A stretch of 64,000 nucleotides of DNA from Bugula neritina (GCA_964035545.1 OZ037770.1:1240001-1304000), one strand, 5' to 3'. Shown: positions 1-13,812, counted from the stretch's first letter. The notes: generated from the sequence alone by a model not told the origin. Program-made: numbers and translations.

Positions 1-396
1 GAGTAGATAAATCCAAACTAGCAAAATCACAAGAGTTGCGTGTCATACACATGCGCAATATATTATCATTATAAAAAATTCTGGCTCATTACTACAAGAT
101 GAGTAATTGTGTTTGGATGAATGTTTATACCTATTTCTTAGCTCAACTTATATAGAGGTATATGAAATTCATCTCTTGGCTTAGTAGAGGACAGGATGAA
201 GCCGATGACAGAGCTGTGCTAAATGTTAAAAGCTGAAACTAATAATTGCAGATAGTCATTGTCATTCTTTATACTTGTCAACAGCTTTAAAATACTGGCA
301 GCTCTTCTGACTTTAAGTTTAAATTTTTCAGGTTTGTGTACATTAATTATGCATGCACCCAAAATTTCGAGACACGCACACACACACATATCTCAA

Positions 397-443
397 TCTG
401 TGTACAGCAGCTGTTTCGGGGTGTGTCCCCTCATCAGCACAGA
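397..443 (-). ncRNA. Type I hammerhead ribozyme motif, solo copy, intact core
   Basis: Minus strand reads UCUGUG-CUGAUGA-GGGG ACACA CCCC-GAAA-CAGC U GCUG-U A-CACAGA. This gives a 6-bp stem I, the conserved CUGAUGA/GAAA core, a 4-bp stem II, a palindromic stem III and a GUA cleavage triplet (cut predicted between 403 and 402). Confidence 0.88.
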
Positions 444-971
444 ACAGAGTACCATGGTTATTGCACTTTCAAGAAACTTTTCAAACTTAATGTCTAGTAT
501 GACAGATAGCAGTTAGATTAGAGTGATTAATAGTCACATGTAGAAGTGAACTTATATTGATAAATAAACGTATACTGATGAAAGCACTATATATTTAATG
601 TACATAAACAAAGCAACTTAAGAGCTGAAGAATCTGAACTGCGTGTCAAAAATAAAACCCCCCTATAAAAACCTCAAATTATTCCCAAGAGGGGATTCCC
701 CCAGGTTAGAAACCATTTCTCTACACTCTACCGTATATTGCTCCCCCCACGTATACTATTATACATGCACTGGTCAAACTATTGTTGCTGGTATTTTGAG
801 TTGCGTAGTGCTTTCATGCAGAACAAAACCCCTCCTCCTAATTACAGCCAATAAACGATTCTTCAACCTCAGCGTTGGAACCATATACTATCCATCTGAT
901 ATGGAGCACTTGAGTGAATGTCCTAACTCACAAAGCAGAATAATCCTAGCACCCCAGCTATCATAACTTCA

Positions 972-3437
972 ATGAGTAACTCTAGCTACAGTTTTGTTAC
1001 AGCAACTGAAGCAAGGGGTATAGATAGGAAAATGGGTGACAAAGTTTGGGTTAACATAGAGGAGTTTATAACTAATAATTTGAAAGGAAATGATCATTTT
1101 AAAAATGAATATCATGTTGAAAAAGAACTTGGCAGAGGGGGTTTTGGAGTAGTGTACAGAGCCAATCCTCTTCAATCTGAACATACCCAAGACCTAGGAG
1201 AAGAAGTTGCCATAAAGGAAATAGAGGTTGAAAGCTTAAACGATTTGGCTGCAGCTGTTAAAGAAGTGTTGATGTTAAAAGGTGTCGATAAACATCCAAA
1301 TGTTGTGAAAGTTTATGATGACTTGTCTTGGTACACTTTACCTGAAAATGAAGATATACCCTTTGATGATCAAAATGATATACAACCTGAGGATATGCTG
1401 AATGCCTTAAAAAGTGATGCAGCTGGGACTGTAGACTGTAAAGGTGAGTTTTATCTTACTGATTACGTTAAAACTAGTAATAAAATAGTGAATAATCTTA
1501 CATAAAACTGGTGATATAACGTTTAGCAAAATGGTGAAAACTAAAAAAAAATGGGTTTTTATATCTATTGTCATTATTCATCTGAATATAGCTATACAAG
1601 ACTCCCAGCTTCTCCGACTCACCTAGCTGTTGAACTTTTCTGTCACTATGCGTACACAAGTATATTATAGCTAATAACTTTTAGAACAAGCTGAGTTTTG
1701 ATTAACAGTGTATATATCCATAATGAGTTTAGTAAAAATTACCTTATAAGATCTTTGTAAAAGTCTTGGTTTAAACAGGTTTCCACACTACCCCCTCATT
1801 CACACTTACCGTAACGTACGTCGTAACAGCAAAAATAAAATGGCGACGCTGTTGCATTTTGTCAACGGGTGTTCACACATTGCCGTAAAAGTACAATGCA
1901 TGACGTTGAGCTGTGACCAATCATAATAAAGCCAACTCTTGCCTGCGGTGATTTGAACGCCTTTGAATATTATTTACAAATTATTCGCAACATTCTTATC
2001 AAAAGATGTTATATAAATGCTATTTACTAAATAAAAGCAATTACATGAAAAGAATCTTTCTTTTAAATATATTAGTTTTCAAAATAATTGTGCAAACTAA
2101 TTTAAATAATGAATATTTAAGCCGTCCAAATCATTTTTAAGTTTTTGGTTTGCTTGATTTTGTGATTAGGGAAAGCTAAATTTTTAAGCTGAGTTTAATT
2201 CAAACAAGCCGGATAAAGATGTTTTAATCTTTTAAAACTTTTGAATTGGTTAAATTAAATCAAAAATAAGCGATTAAAATAAACTAGCGAAAATGTTCTT
2301 TAAGTTTTAGTACCAGATCAACTTTACCCAATAGGAGCCTGCCGTGATTTTTTGAATCAAGCACTGCTTGATCAACGCCGCAACGTATACCGGAGTACGA
2401 TTTAGCCCGGATGTTAACAAAAATCGCTAAAATTTGCTGTTACGGCGTACGGTACGGTAAGTGTGAATAGGGGGAATATCTTTATGAGCGCGCTAGGCTG
2501 TATTATATAATATTAATTTTATTAACAACTAATTTTTTCATTTAGTCATTATCATTTTGTTACAATTTGCAAATATATGATAGTATTTTGACATACTATA
2601 TATAATTTATTCAGGAATCAAGTTCTACATTGTCATGGAATTATTGAGTCGCACTTTAGAAGAGGAAGAGGCCATGACTGATGATAGAGATTCAATATGG
2701 AAAAGAGTACTAAGTCTCACTGATGGTCTTGAGCATCTCCATAAGAATAAATCTTCCATGGAGACTTAAGGACCAACAATATATGCTTGAGAGATGAAGA
2801 CTCTCTTGTGTTGATAGATTTTGGGCTGAGTGGTACAGGATCGATGGAAGTCATTCCCCGAAATGCAAGTATAAGCAGCAGTTCACCATCTACAATCGAT
2901 AAATCAGGGGATATGATTGGATATGCAGGAATTATTTTTGGAATTTCTTATGTGTATAACCAGTACCCTGAATACGACTTTGACATCGTTCCTCTACTGC
3001 ATAAATGGGGTAAGGTAGCTTTAAGAGGAAAGGTGTTGGAGGACCTAATAGACCCATTAGGTCCTGATGATGCTGAGAGGGTCACTGAGGTTATTGTTCA
3101 ATGTGTGAATAATATAGACTCACCACATCTAATACCTTCTATCTCAGCTGTCAGCCAGGTTATTAACGAAGCTGAGTCTTACAATAAAACATGTGAAGGT
3201 TTGAATAAGTTTTGTAAATCGGCTGATATAAAGTTTGAGCAAAGAATGCTCTACAGGGCTTGGTAGGAAGAGCTAATTGCAGCAGTTCCAGAAGGTTTGC
3301 AGTCATCTGATGGGAAACTCATGCGTGATAAACTAACAGAGTTCTCCGATGATGATTTCCCTTATCTTAAGGTGTACAACTCTATTAGTGTGGATAAAAT
3401 TAACGAATTAGCCGGAGCATATAGTAAGAGGCTATAA
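972..3437 (+). pseudogene. Divergent protein kinase, copy 1, disabled (exons 972-1443 and 2615-3437)
   Basis: Has GRGGFGVV, VAIK, HGDL and DFG motifs and a GT-AG intron matching copy 2. Relative to copy 2 it has a 1-nt deletion (AAAA to AAA at 2749-2751) just before HGDL and a TAT to TAG nonsense change at 3264-3266. Confidence 0.85.
1791..2474. mobile_element. MITE / non-autonomous DNA transposon in the kinase copy 1 intron
   Basis: About 42-bp terminal inverted repeats: ccccctcattcacacttaccgtaacgtacgtcgtaacagcaaa (1791-1833) and tttgctgttacggcgtacggtacggtaagtgtgaataggggg (2433-2474). Absent from the copy 2 intron. Confidence 0.85.
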
Positions 3438-4671
3438 CTATTCTGCTTAAAATGCTTCATTTATGGCCACTCATCAAAATTATTATCATAGATGGTGTAA
3501 ACTAAGACATACCTTAGTGACTTAGTTTTGTGACTTTTACAATAACAGTATCTGAAGCTTTAGACTACTAGCATAGCTGCTTGCTTTGCCTTCAAACATG
3601 GAGTGAGAGGTGGACAACTAAAAGTTTGATAGCTATATTGAGTTCTGTCATTATTGTATACTGTTTATGCATATTCTATTGCATATACATGCTTACAATA
3701 GGTTTTCTACTATCTATATACACAAAATTCATTTGTTTTAATGCAATATCACCTTTATTTTTACAATCATGTAATTTGTTTTTCATAAGATCCTTGATGC
3801 AAGTAACCATGTTGCTTCATTTACACCATTTTACTTATTAATGTGAATTATTTTCTTATACTCACTGGTTATAGGTGCAAAAATATTATATAACCACTTT
3901 TATTGAGTTATATAATAAAACGATTTATTACAACCAACCCATTGTATTGTGTTTACCTTGTAATACATTATTCATAACATTTTCTTAATCTAAACTAAAA
4001 CAAACCACCTTTATTTTCTCTTTTCAATATCCTCTCTAACAAGATAATAAGGCATTGACTAAAGTTGATTCAATATTCAAATGGAGTTAAACAATGGCTG
4101 TGTTTGTCAATGTTTACATTTCAAATGTCACCAGCTATTTTACAAATTGGCTTATTATGCTACCCTTGTTGCTACTACAGATTATGTTTATAACTGTTAT
4201 TCTAGTGAAACTATGCGCATTAAAAAACTTTAGAAAAATCGGAGGTGATTTATATCAGCATCTATTCAAAACTTTTGCCCTTCTACTTTTACTGCAAGTA
4301 TTCTTTTGTTTTGTATAATTCAATAACTTGCTAACTTTATTTTACAGTTGGAAAAATAACACATGAAACTTGTTCGTGCAAATTGAATTTATTTGATAGA
4401 ATTACTATGACAATAAACTTTATACTATAGTAAAAAAATCCAAAATATAGAATCAGCTGCCAATTATTGCAATCAACCGTTTTGGCAAAACACGGTTTTG
4501 ATTATGAGTTTGAAGTTGCTCCCCTTACTAACAAGACTTTTTTTATGATGGAAAATTGTAAAGCAAGAGAAGATAACTTGCATTATTTATAGTTTAGATT
4601 ATCCTTAGATGGTGCCACACCAGGCAGAGTTACTCTCTCTTGCTACTGATGAAACTCTCAACTGTCATAAT

Positions 4672-5138
<467 letters not shown>

Positions 5139-6169
5139 AAATGCATGTGTTACACGTTAATGTTGTGAAGCCATTTATAATTGAAATATTAAAATAATAT
5201 ACTATGTAGTATATAATACCTTACAGTGTACTTCATGCTTCAAGTGCTACATATATTACCCTACAGCAGTGAGTTCAATATTTATTTTCATACCATTCTT
5301 CCATATTAATAATTTCTCCCTTTTGAAACCCACGATATATTATATGTGCTTTAAAAGGCTGACATGGTATATTATTTATACCCTATGCTTGTTCTATTAG
5401 AATTGATTATAATATAACTCTGATAAAACATATATTATGCAGTATATAAAACTTAATAATATGATGGCTGCAGCTGATGCTTGTGTGCTAAAGCCTGGTT
5501 AAGTCTAGCTTTGTTTAAGACAGCGCACATCTTAAGTCACTGCAAAGGTGAAAGCAGTTATTGGTTAGCATTGGTAAGCATTATACATCACATTATAGAT
5601 ATTTGGTGGTGAAAAGCACCAAAACTATTATATACTGCTTTATAAGCTATTCGAGAATAGATTTTGCTTGTTGAAACCCATGGATCTCTTCCATTGGTAA
5701 AGATTTCATTGCGGAATTATCAACCCTCATATAACTGCATGATATGGAATATTGTCAACAGGGTGTGTACTAGAATGAATGATGTATCAAGTCAAGAATC
5801 TTCTCTGTTTCTAAAAGTAGGCCAAGATAAAATACTCAAGTTCACACTTAGTTAAGATTTCAGAGATATTGCATGCCTTAAAAATTTCTAACAGAAAATC
5901 TGAAACCAGTTTTAATTTTCTTATAATTAATTCAATAATGTGGAAAAGACACAATGATTTTGATATAGCTGGGTGTCTGCCACAACTTTAGTTTAGATAA
6001 TTTGAAAGTACTGATGCCATGCTATAAAAAGTTATGATTGTAGAGCAAATACATCTATACTAGGTACATGCAGCATATAATTCACTGAGATCATGGCTGC
6101 TTATAAAGTTCCTGTTAGCTATTACTTTCGAAAAACCTATTTACCTTTATTTCTATATAGTATCACAGG

Positions 6170-6319
6170 TAGCAGTTATAGGGTAGAGTGATTAATAGTC
6201 ACATGTATATATAGAAGTAAACTTCTATATTGCAAAAGTTGATATATATAAATATACTGATAAAAGCACTATAATGCCATACAGTTCAGCTTTTTCAGCT
6301 CTTGCTTTGTTTAGTTATA

Positions 6320-6395
<76 letters not shown>

Positions 6396-6526
6396 TATAA
6401 CTAAACAAAGCAAGAGCTGAAAAAGCTGAACTGTATGGCATTATCATAATTAAATTCCCCCATAAAAACCTCAAATTATCCCCAAGGGGGGATTCCCCCA
6501 GGTAAGGAACCATTTCTCTACACTCT
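6170..6526 (+). repeat. Degenerate third copy of the kinase upstream region, containing a (TA)n tract at 6324-6391
   Basis: Shares agagtgattaatagtcacatgta and ataaaaacctcaaattat..ggggattcccccaggt..aaccatttctctacactcta with 509-730 and ~9180-9416. Confidence 0.8.
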
Positions 6527-7516
6527 ATAGGGTCTAGGTAAATGTTTCTATAGGTGGTGGTGAACCTCTTACCCTTGAGCATTTTGAGAAATTCAAGATG
6601 GCCGCCAGGCAGAGACGGTTCTTTATAATTCAAATGCATCTATCCATCAGAGCTAAATTTAAGGTTCCAATGCTTTGAAATCTTCAGAAGTTAATATAAT
6701 GAAGATGCATGCGCCTTTATCATGTGTATAATCAATCAGAGGCAAAGATGAGTAAGTTATCCGCAAACAGTGTATTATATTGCACACCCATTGATGATAA
6801 CATCGGGCAGTCAATAGTGTATTAGGTATGAACGTATATTATTTTAAAGAAACTCAAATTTATATAAAGTTATAAGTTTCTTGTTTACTCGAAATAGACA
6901 ACAAACTGCTACAAAGTTATGAATTTGCTACATGGTAAAACTTAGCTTCGATAATGAGATTATTTTGATGAATTATTAAAACAATTTTTAAAAAAAAGCC
7001 AATGCAGGCTGTCGTAAGCAAATATCAACATATATCAGATGTATAAGGAAGTTGGAGAGCACTTAAGTTTCTTTTGCAATTGAAAATTTAGTAAAATATG
7101 AGCTTCAAGCCCCACAGCTCAATGAGTCAATCTGAAGACAACTCCAAATTTCAGATTTAGTTTTCCTTCTTCCTTATTTAATCTACACATAAATATTAAA
7201 CAATAAGTATTATATAATAGCAAGCTTATCAAGAAGTTTGTCATGTGATAATTGCCAAATTAAAACGCCTGAGATTACAAAAACAAAAAGGAAAATATTT
7301 TTACACCTTCTGAGATTTATTACTAAAATATAAAATTTGTAAGCGTAGTTTATATACTCCATTCATTCAATAAGTAATATTATTTTGTTTCTTAATATTA
7401 GAACTTTTGTACTAATGTCGTATTATGCATTTCAATAGAACAAACAAAACATAATTGCAACTTAATTAATAAATATCTAGCTCTATATGTGTGTGGTGTG
7501 CCGTATGTAATGTATA

Positions 7517-7563
7517 TCTGCGCACAGCAGCCATTTTAGGGTTTGTCCCCTCATCAGCACAGA
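7517..7563 (-). ncRNA. Degenerate hammerhead ribozyme copy, probably inactive
   Basis: Keeps stem I, CUGAUGA and stem II. GAAA is changed to AAAA and the cleavage triplet to GUG. Confidence 0.7.
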
Positions 7564-8044
7564 ACAAAGTACCAAGGCTCCACCATTGTGATGGAAAGAA
7601 AAGAAGTTATGTGTTGCTATTAAAGCAGGTTGTTTACAAGGTAACCCATAGCTTTGTAAAGAGCCAGATAGACATTGTCTTGGTTACAGCTTAATGCTTA
7701 GTTCAATAAATAAGTACAACTATAATATATAGTTGATGTTAATATGGTTATAACTATATATAGTTATGTTATACATTTCAATACTGCAGTCTTTGGAGTT
7801 GGGAAACAGGAGCAGATGACTCTAAAATGATGTCATAATAGGAGCTACATACAGATGTTGTTAAGTGAGTAGATAAATCCAAACTAGCAAAGTCACACGA
7901 GTTGCGTGTCATACACATGCATTATATTTTTATAAAAAATTCTGGCTCATTACTACAAGATGAGTAATTGTGTTTGGATGAATGTTTATACCTATTTTAT
8001 AGCTCAACTAGAGGTATATATGAAATTCATCTCTTGACCTTTAA

Positions 8045-8232
8045 ACTCACGCAAGTTTATAGTCACCATCCCTGTGAGAAACCCCTGATGGGAGGGGTTT
8101 TGGTAAATCGGGCTAAGGACTTATTAAGATAAGGCACAGGAGTAATTATGATTGAATGCTTTTCCTAACATCACCAATGACCTTCGTTCTCACTAGGCAA
8201 ACGCTCTAACCCCTAGACCACGGCTGCTCACT
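8045..8232 (-). mobile_element. tRNA-derived SINE-like insertion with a 16-bp target-site duplication
   Basis: Flanked by atctcttgacctttaa (8029-8044) and atctcttggcctttaa (8233-8248). The minus-strand head gagcagccgtggtctaggggttagagcg is tRNA-like with an A box. Absent from duplication unit 1. Confidence 0.72.
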
Positions 8233-8802
8233 ATCTCTTGGCCTTTAATTTCTAGCTAAAAACTTACTTTATTCTGTTTTATCAGTAAAGAAAATCAATC
8301 TTATAAGAAGGAAAATATTCTGATCAGTATTGAGACAACTGAGAAGGAAATGTTATGTTGCATAACTGGCTTAGTAGAGGTCACATGATCACTGGTCAAC
8401 AGAGCCCTGCATTAAGTTGATACCTGCATGGGAGAGCATCCGATATTATAAAAACTCGATGGCCGGATAAAAGGATATAACACATCATAATATAATATTA
8501 TTATAATATTATTTTCTTGGGGTCCTATAATACTGTAATTTCCCATATTATACTTTCACAGGCGATTTAATTAATTTGAACAGGATGAAGCTATAGTGAC
8601 AGAGCTGTGCTAAATGCTAAAATCTGAAACTAATGTTTATTTATTGATAGATCTATAGTCATTGTCATTCTTTATACTTGTTAACAGCTTTAGGATACGG
8701 GCAACTTTTCTGACTTCAAGTTTGAATTCTTTTGGCTTGTGTACATTAATTATGCCTGCACCGATATTTCGAGACACTCGCACACACATATATATACCTC
8801 AA

Positions 8803-9113
8803 TCTGTAGACAGTAGCTGTTTCGGGATTTGTCCCCTCATATCAGCACAGAACAGAGTACCATGGCCCACACCTTTGAAATAGTAGAAACTTACAGTTTT
8901 ACTAAAGGTGTGTAAACCCAAGCCAGAGTGCTCAAGTGACTCTAGGGGTCACCTAGGAGTCACGAGCCTTGCTAAATGCTAGCAGCTTGAGTTTGTGACC
9001 ATGGTTAGAGTGCTCAATCACTTAATGTCATTAAGCTGAGCATTAAATGAGAGCATAATATCTCAATCTGCGTACAGCAGCTGTTTCGGGATTTGTCCCC
9101 TCATCAGCACAGA
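8803..9113 (-). mobile_element. Non-LTR retrozyme-like element: a 264-nt unit bracketed by two hammerhead ribozymes
   Basis: Hammerheads at 9067-9113 (intact, GUA) and 8803-8851 (GUC, 2-nt insertion in the core) are direct repeats 264 nt apart. The spacer forms several hairpins and has no meaningful ORF. Confidence 0.78.
9067..9113 (-). ncRNA. Type I hammerhead ribozyme motif, intact core
   Basis: UCUGUG-CUGAUGA-GGGG ACAAA UCCC-GAAA-CAGC U GCUG-U A-CGCAGA. The stem differences from the 397-443 copy are G-U wobbles that keep pairing. Confidence 0.88.
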
Positions 9114-9653
9114 ACAGAGTACCTTGGTTATTGCAATTTTAAGAAACTTTTCAAACTTCATGTCTAGTATGACAGATAGCAGTTAGAGTAGAGTGATTAA
9201 TAGTCACATGTATACATAAATTAATGTAGAAGTGAACTTATATTGATAAATAAACGTATACTGATGAAAGCACTATTTATTTAATGTACATAAACAAAGC
9301 AACTTAAGAGCTGAAGAATCTGAACTGCATGTCAAAAATAAAATCCCCCTATAAAAACCTCAAATTATTCCCAAGGGGGGATTCCCCCAGGTTAGAAACC
9401 ATTTCTCTACACTCTACAGTATATTGCTCCCCCCACGTATACTATTATACATGCACTGGTCAAACTATTGTTGCCGGTATTTTGAGTTGCGTAGTGCTTT
9501 CATGCAGAACAAACCCCTCGTCCCAATTACAGCCAATCAATCAACGATTCTTCAACCTTAGAGTAGTAAACATACAATCGATCTGGGACGGGCACTTGAG
9601 TGTCCTAACTCACAAGGCAGAACATTTCTAGCACCCCAGCTATCATAACTTCA

Positions 9654-11675
9654 ATGAGTAACTTTAACTACAGTTTTGTTACAGCAACTGATGCAAGCAG
9701 TTTAGATAGGAAAATGGATGACAAAGTTTGGGTCAACGTAGAAGAGTTTTTAACTAGAAGAAGGAGAGGAAATGATCATTTTAAAAATGAATATCATGTT
9801 GAAAAAAAAATTGGCGAAGGACGGTTTGGAGTAGTCTACATTAAAGATACCAAAGAAGTTGCTATAAAGGAAATAGAGGTTGAACACTCAAAGTCAGAGG
9901 ATTTGACTGCAGCTGTGGTGGAAGTGGTGATGTTGAAAGGTGTTGATGAGCATCCAAGCGTTGTGAAAATTTATGGTGACTTGTCTTGGTACACTTTACC
10001 TGAAGATAAAAATCATATTCTCCCTAGTGATATCCTGGAGACCTTAAAAGACAATGCAGCTGAGCCTGTAGACTGTAAAGGTGAGTTTTATCTTACTGAT
10101 TATGTTTGATCCGAAAAGATTTTTGTCGACAATAAAATTATACAATTGATTATTTTGAAATTTGTCAAAGTGATTTTTTACTCCAGCTCATCTGAGTTGC
10201 AACAATGGAGCATATAGTTATAATCATAAGTCAGTTTTGGAAAATAATTTTTTTGCAGAGTTTTTCATCAACTCATATATATATATAGCACTGCCATGCA
10301 TTAGTGATGTTAGAAAGGGCATCATTTGGCCATTTTATTTTAGCAAAATCCGAAACTTCCAAATCTGCTAAAATTTACCCCCAGAACTCCCATAGTTAGT
10401 GGTCAAAGTTAGAAGGTCCATTAGATATGCTGTACCCCCACCATTTTTTTCTTGAGTTCCCCTTAACTTAGGGTAGGTTTACCTTTCATTTCGTTCAATA
10501 TTCTACGTGAAACTACTTACAAAATAGTAAATGGTTTGACATAAAACTGCATATGGTGATAAAGCTTAGCATATAATCATAAAAACTATAAAACAAATGG
10601 GTTTTTATATCCATTGCCATTACTCACCTGAATATCTACAAAACTCCCAGCTTCTTCGACTCACCTGTTGAACTTCTTGTCACTATATATACATACACCA
10701 GTATTATAGTTAATAAATTCTGAAACAAGCTGAGTTTTGGTTAACTGTGTTATATCCATAATGAGTTTAGTAAAAACTACCTTATAAGTTCTTTAGTCAT
10801 TATTATTTTGTTACAATTTGCACACCTTCAGCAAATATGATAGTATTTTGACATATTATATAATTTTTTCAGGAATCAAAGTCTACATTGTCATGGAACT
10901 GTTGAGTGGCACTTTAGAAGAGAAAGAGGCCATGACTACTGATAAAGATTCAATATGGAAAAGAGTACTGAGTCTCACTGATGGTCTTGAGCATCTCCAT
11001 AAGAATAAAATCTTCCATGGAGATTTAAAGCCCAAAAATATATGCTTGAGAGATGAAGACCCTCTAGTGTTGATAGATTTTGGGCGGAGTGGTAGAGGAT
11101 CGAAAACCGAAACCGAAAACCCAAGTAATAGCAGTTCATCATCTATCAAGAAATCAGATGATATGGTTAAATATGCAGGAATTATTTTTGGAATTTGTCA
11201 GCACCCTAAATACAACGTTGGCATCGTTTCTCTACTGCATAAATGGGGTAAGGTAGCTTTAAGAGGAAAGGTGTTGGAGGACCTAATAGACCCATTAGGT
11301 CCTGATGATGCTGAGAGGGTCACTGAGGTTATTGTTCAATGTGTGAATAATATAGACTCACCACATCGAATACCTTCTATCTCAGTTGTCAGTCAGGTTA
11401 TTAACAAAGCTGAGTTTTACGTTAAAACATGTGAAGGTTTGAATAAGTTTTGTGAATTGGCTGATATAAAGTTTGAGCAAAAAATGCTCTACAGGGCTTG
11501 GTATGAAGAGCTGATTGCAGCAGTTCCAGAAGATTTGAAGTCAGCTGATGGGGAACTCATGTGTGAAAAACTAAAAAAGTTTACTGATAATGATTTCCCT
11601 TATCTTAAGGTGTACAACGTTATTAGAGTGGACGATATTGATCGATTAGCCAAAGCATATAGTAAGAGGCGATAA
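9654..11675 (+). CDS. Divergent non-RD Ser/Thr-type protein kinase, copy 2, intact (exons 9654-10080 and 10873-11675; 409 aa)
   Basis: GEGRFGVV glycine loop, VAIK, alphaC Glu, IVMELL hinge, HGDLKPKN and DFG. A phase-1 GT-AG intron joins the two ORFs in frame. Confidence 0.9.
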
Positions 11676-13627
11676 CTATTCTGCTTAAAATGCTTCATTC
11701 ACGGCCACTCATCAAAATTATCATCATAGATGGTGTGAACTAAGACATACCTTAGTGACTTAGTTTTGTGACTTTTACAATAACAGTATCTGAAGCTTTA
11801 GACTACTAGCATAGCTGCTTGCTTTGCCTTCAAACATGGAGTGAGAGGTTGACAACTATAAGTTTGATAACTATATCGAGTTCTGCCATTATTGTATACT
11901 GTTTATGCATAGTCTATTGCGTATACATGCTTACAATAGGTTTTCTACTATCTTTATACACAAAATTCATTCGTTTTAATGTAATACCATCTTTATTTTT
12001 ACAATTATATGTAATTTGTTTTTCATAAGATCCTTGATGCAAGCAACCATGTTGTTTCCTTTACATCAATAATTACTAATTATTGTGAATGATTTTCTTA
12101 TATATGCAATGGTTTAGGTGCCAAAATATGAGCACAGAGTTCTATAATAAAACGATCTATTACAACCAACCCATTGTATTGTGTTTATCTTGTAATACAT
12201 TATTCATAACATTTTCTTAATCTAAACTAAAACAAACCACATTTATTTTCTCTTTTCAATATCCTCTCTAACAAGATAATAAGGCATTGACTAAAGTTAA
12301 TTCAATATTCAAATGGAGTTTAACAATGGCTGTGTTTGTCAATGTTTACATTTCAAATGTCACCAGCTATTTTACAAATTGGCTTATTATGCTAGCCTTG
12401 TTGCTACTACAGACTATGTGCATTGCCGTACAGCTAAACAGTTAACAAGGAGCCTTACAGTAGGCCTTATAGCTACTAGCTGAATAAATGTTCAGCTATA
12501 ACAGCTTTGGATTTTGACTGTTACCAACAGCTATATAGTTTGTATCGGGTTGTACCGCTGAAACTCACTTAAAAGGATATATACACGCATATTGCCAGCT
12601 AACTCTATCTCTAAGGTATAGTAGTTAGTGCTAGCTTCATAACTATGTATATTTTCAATAACAGCATGTATACGTGAATGGCCATGCTTGAATAGTTTGA
12701 TGTGATGGAGGAGTATTTGGGAAAACTTGTGTTTTGGAGATTAAAGGTGCCTCCCTGTATAATTTTCCACCAATACCTCAAATCAAACAAAGTTTTTTGA
12801 CGTAAGAGTAAAGATAAGTATTGAACATGTTACTATCACTATGTATATCACAGGTAAAAGTAAATATTGGGCATATTACTACCCATCCCTGAGGTATTGC
12901 ATTATAGCTAGAGAGATATTTTAAAGTGGTTTGTATAAAAAAATATTAGTTTAACTAGAACTTGAACCTGAATTAAAATTCAGCTTTTTCAAAAAATCAT
13001 TATAGTTATCTATAATATGAGAAAGTAATATTTACGCTTCAGATCCAATAGCCTAATAGCTATAAGCAGCTAAAATCTATACATCTGTCCTGTAAAGCAG
13101 TTTTTAGCCTTGACAATGAGTTTGGTGCTGTAGCAGAATGGGCAAGATCGATATAAGAAAAAAAGCTGCTGAAATAAAAACTTTTAAGTAAATTCACTTG
13201 CCTTTCAGCTTGGGGTTTAAAAAGTAAAATTAGATGCAAACTGAATTCGAATATTAAAGAATGTTATTTTAAAAGAGCCAGCAAATTGAATCAATAGCAC
13301 AAAGAATTTACATACTGCAATAAATTTATTATAGGAGTAAAACATCACACTTTTATCAAACAATCAATAAGTCAATTTAAAAGATTAAACAGTAGCTTCC
13401 TATAGTTTGATGCTTACAAATAGAAGCTAAAATTACATCATATAACTCTGCTCTGCGTGCAAACAGCTTCTACACAGTGAAAGAATACACGGCTGTGTAG
13501 TGCTGACTTCCTGTATTCTGAAGAATATTACAACCGGAATCAGAAGCCGTTGTTATTTGATTATAGAATGAATTTCCTGTTTCAGCTCATGTATCTCTCC
13601 TGACATTCCCTAGTTTAATGGTGAGCT

Positions 13628-13812
13628 CGCTGCCTACAACTAGACCCGCTGCCTACAACTAGACCCGCTGCCTACAACTAGACCCGCTGCCTACAACTAG
13701 ACCCGCTGCCTACAACTAGACCCGCTGCCTACAACTAGACCCGCTGCCTACAACTAGACCCGCTGCCTACAACTAGACCCGCTGCTTATAACTAGACCCG
13801 CTGCCTACAACT
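13628..13812. repeat. 19-bp minisatellite (cgctgcctacaactagacc), ~10 copies
   Basis: Directly visible near-perfect tandem array. Confidence 0.97.

Larger units (their letters stand above)
1..4187 (+). repeat. Segmental tandem duplication, unit 1 (begins before the window)
   Basis: Position 1 (gagtagataaatccaaactagc) matches 7867. Colinear similarity continues through the kinase and its 3' flank to about 4187 versus about 12418. Confidence 0.93.
7867..12418 (+). repeat. Segmental tandem duplication, unit 2
   Basis: Colinear with 1-4187, with extra segments around 8045-8580, 8866-9060 and 10107-10503. Confidence 0.93.

Noticed and set aside
259-966. ORFs repeated at 8662-8883 and 9329-9631
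   Set aside because: The similarity reflects the recent duplication. Frames diverge between copies, starts are mostly non-ATG and no domain is evident.
5200-7860. Autonomous Penelope-like or other retroelement to explain the ribozymes
   Set aside because: No reverse transcriptase or GIY-YIG ORF is visible here or elsewhere in the window.
13628-13812. Regular short repeats resembling a CRISPR array (also 23149-23476 and 43403-44215)
   Set aside because: Head-to-tail units with no unique spacers, no cas genes, and a eukaryotic context.
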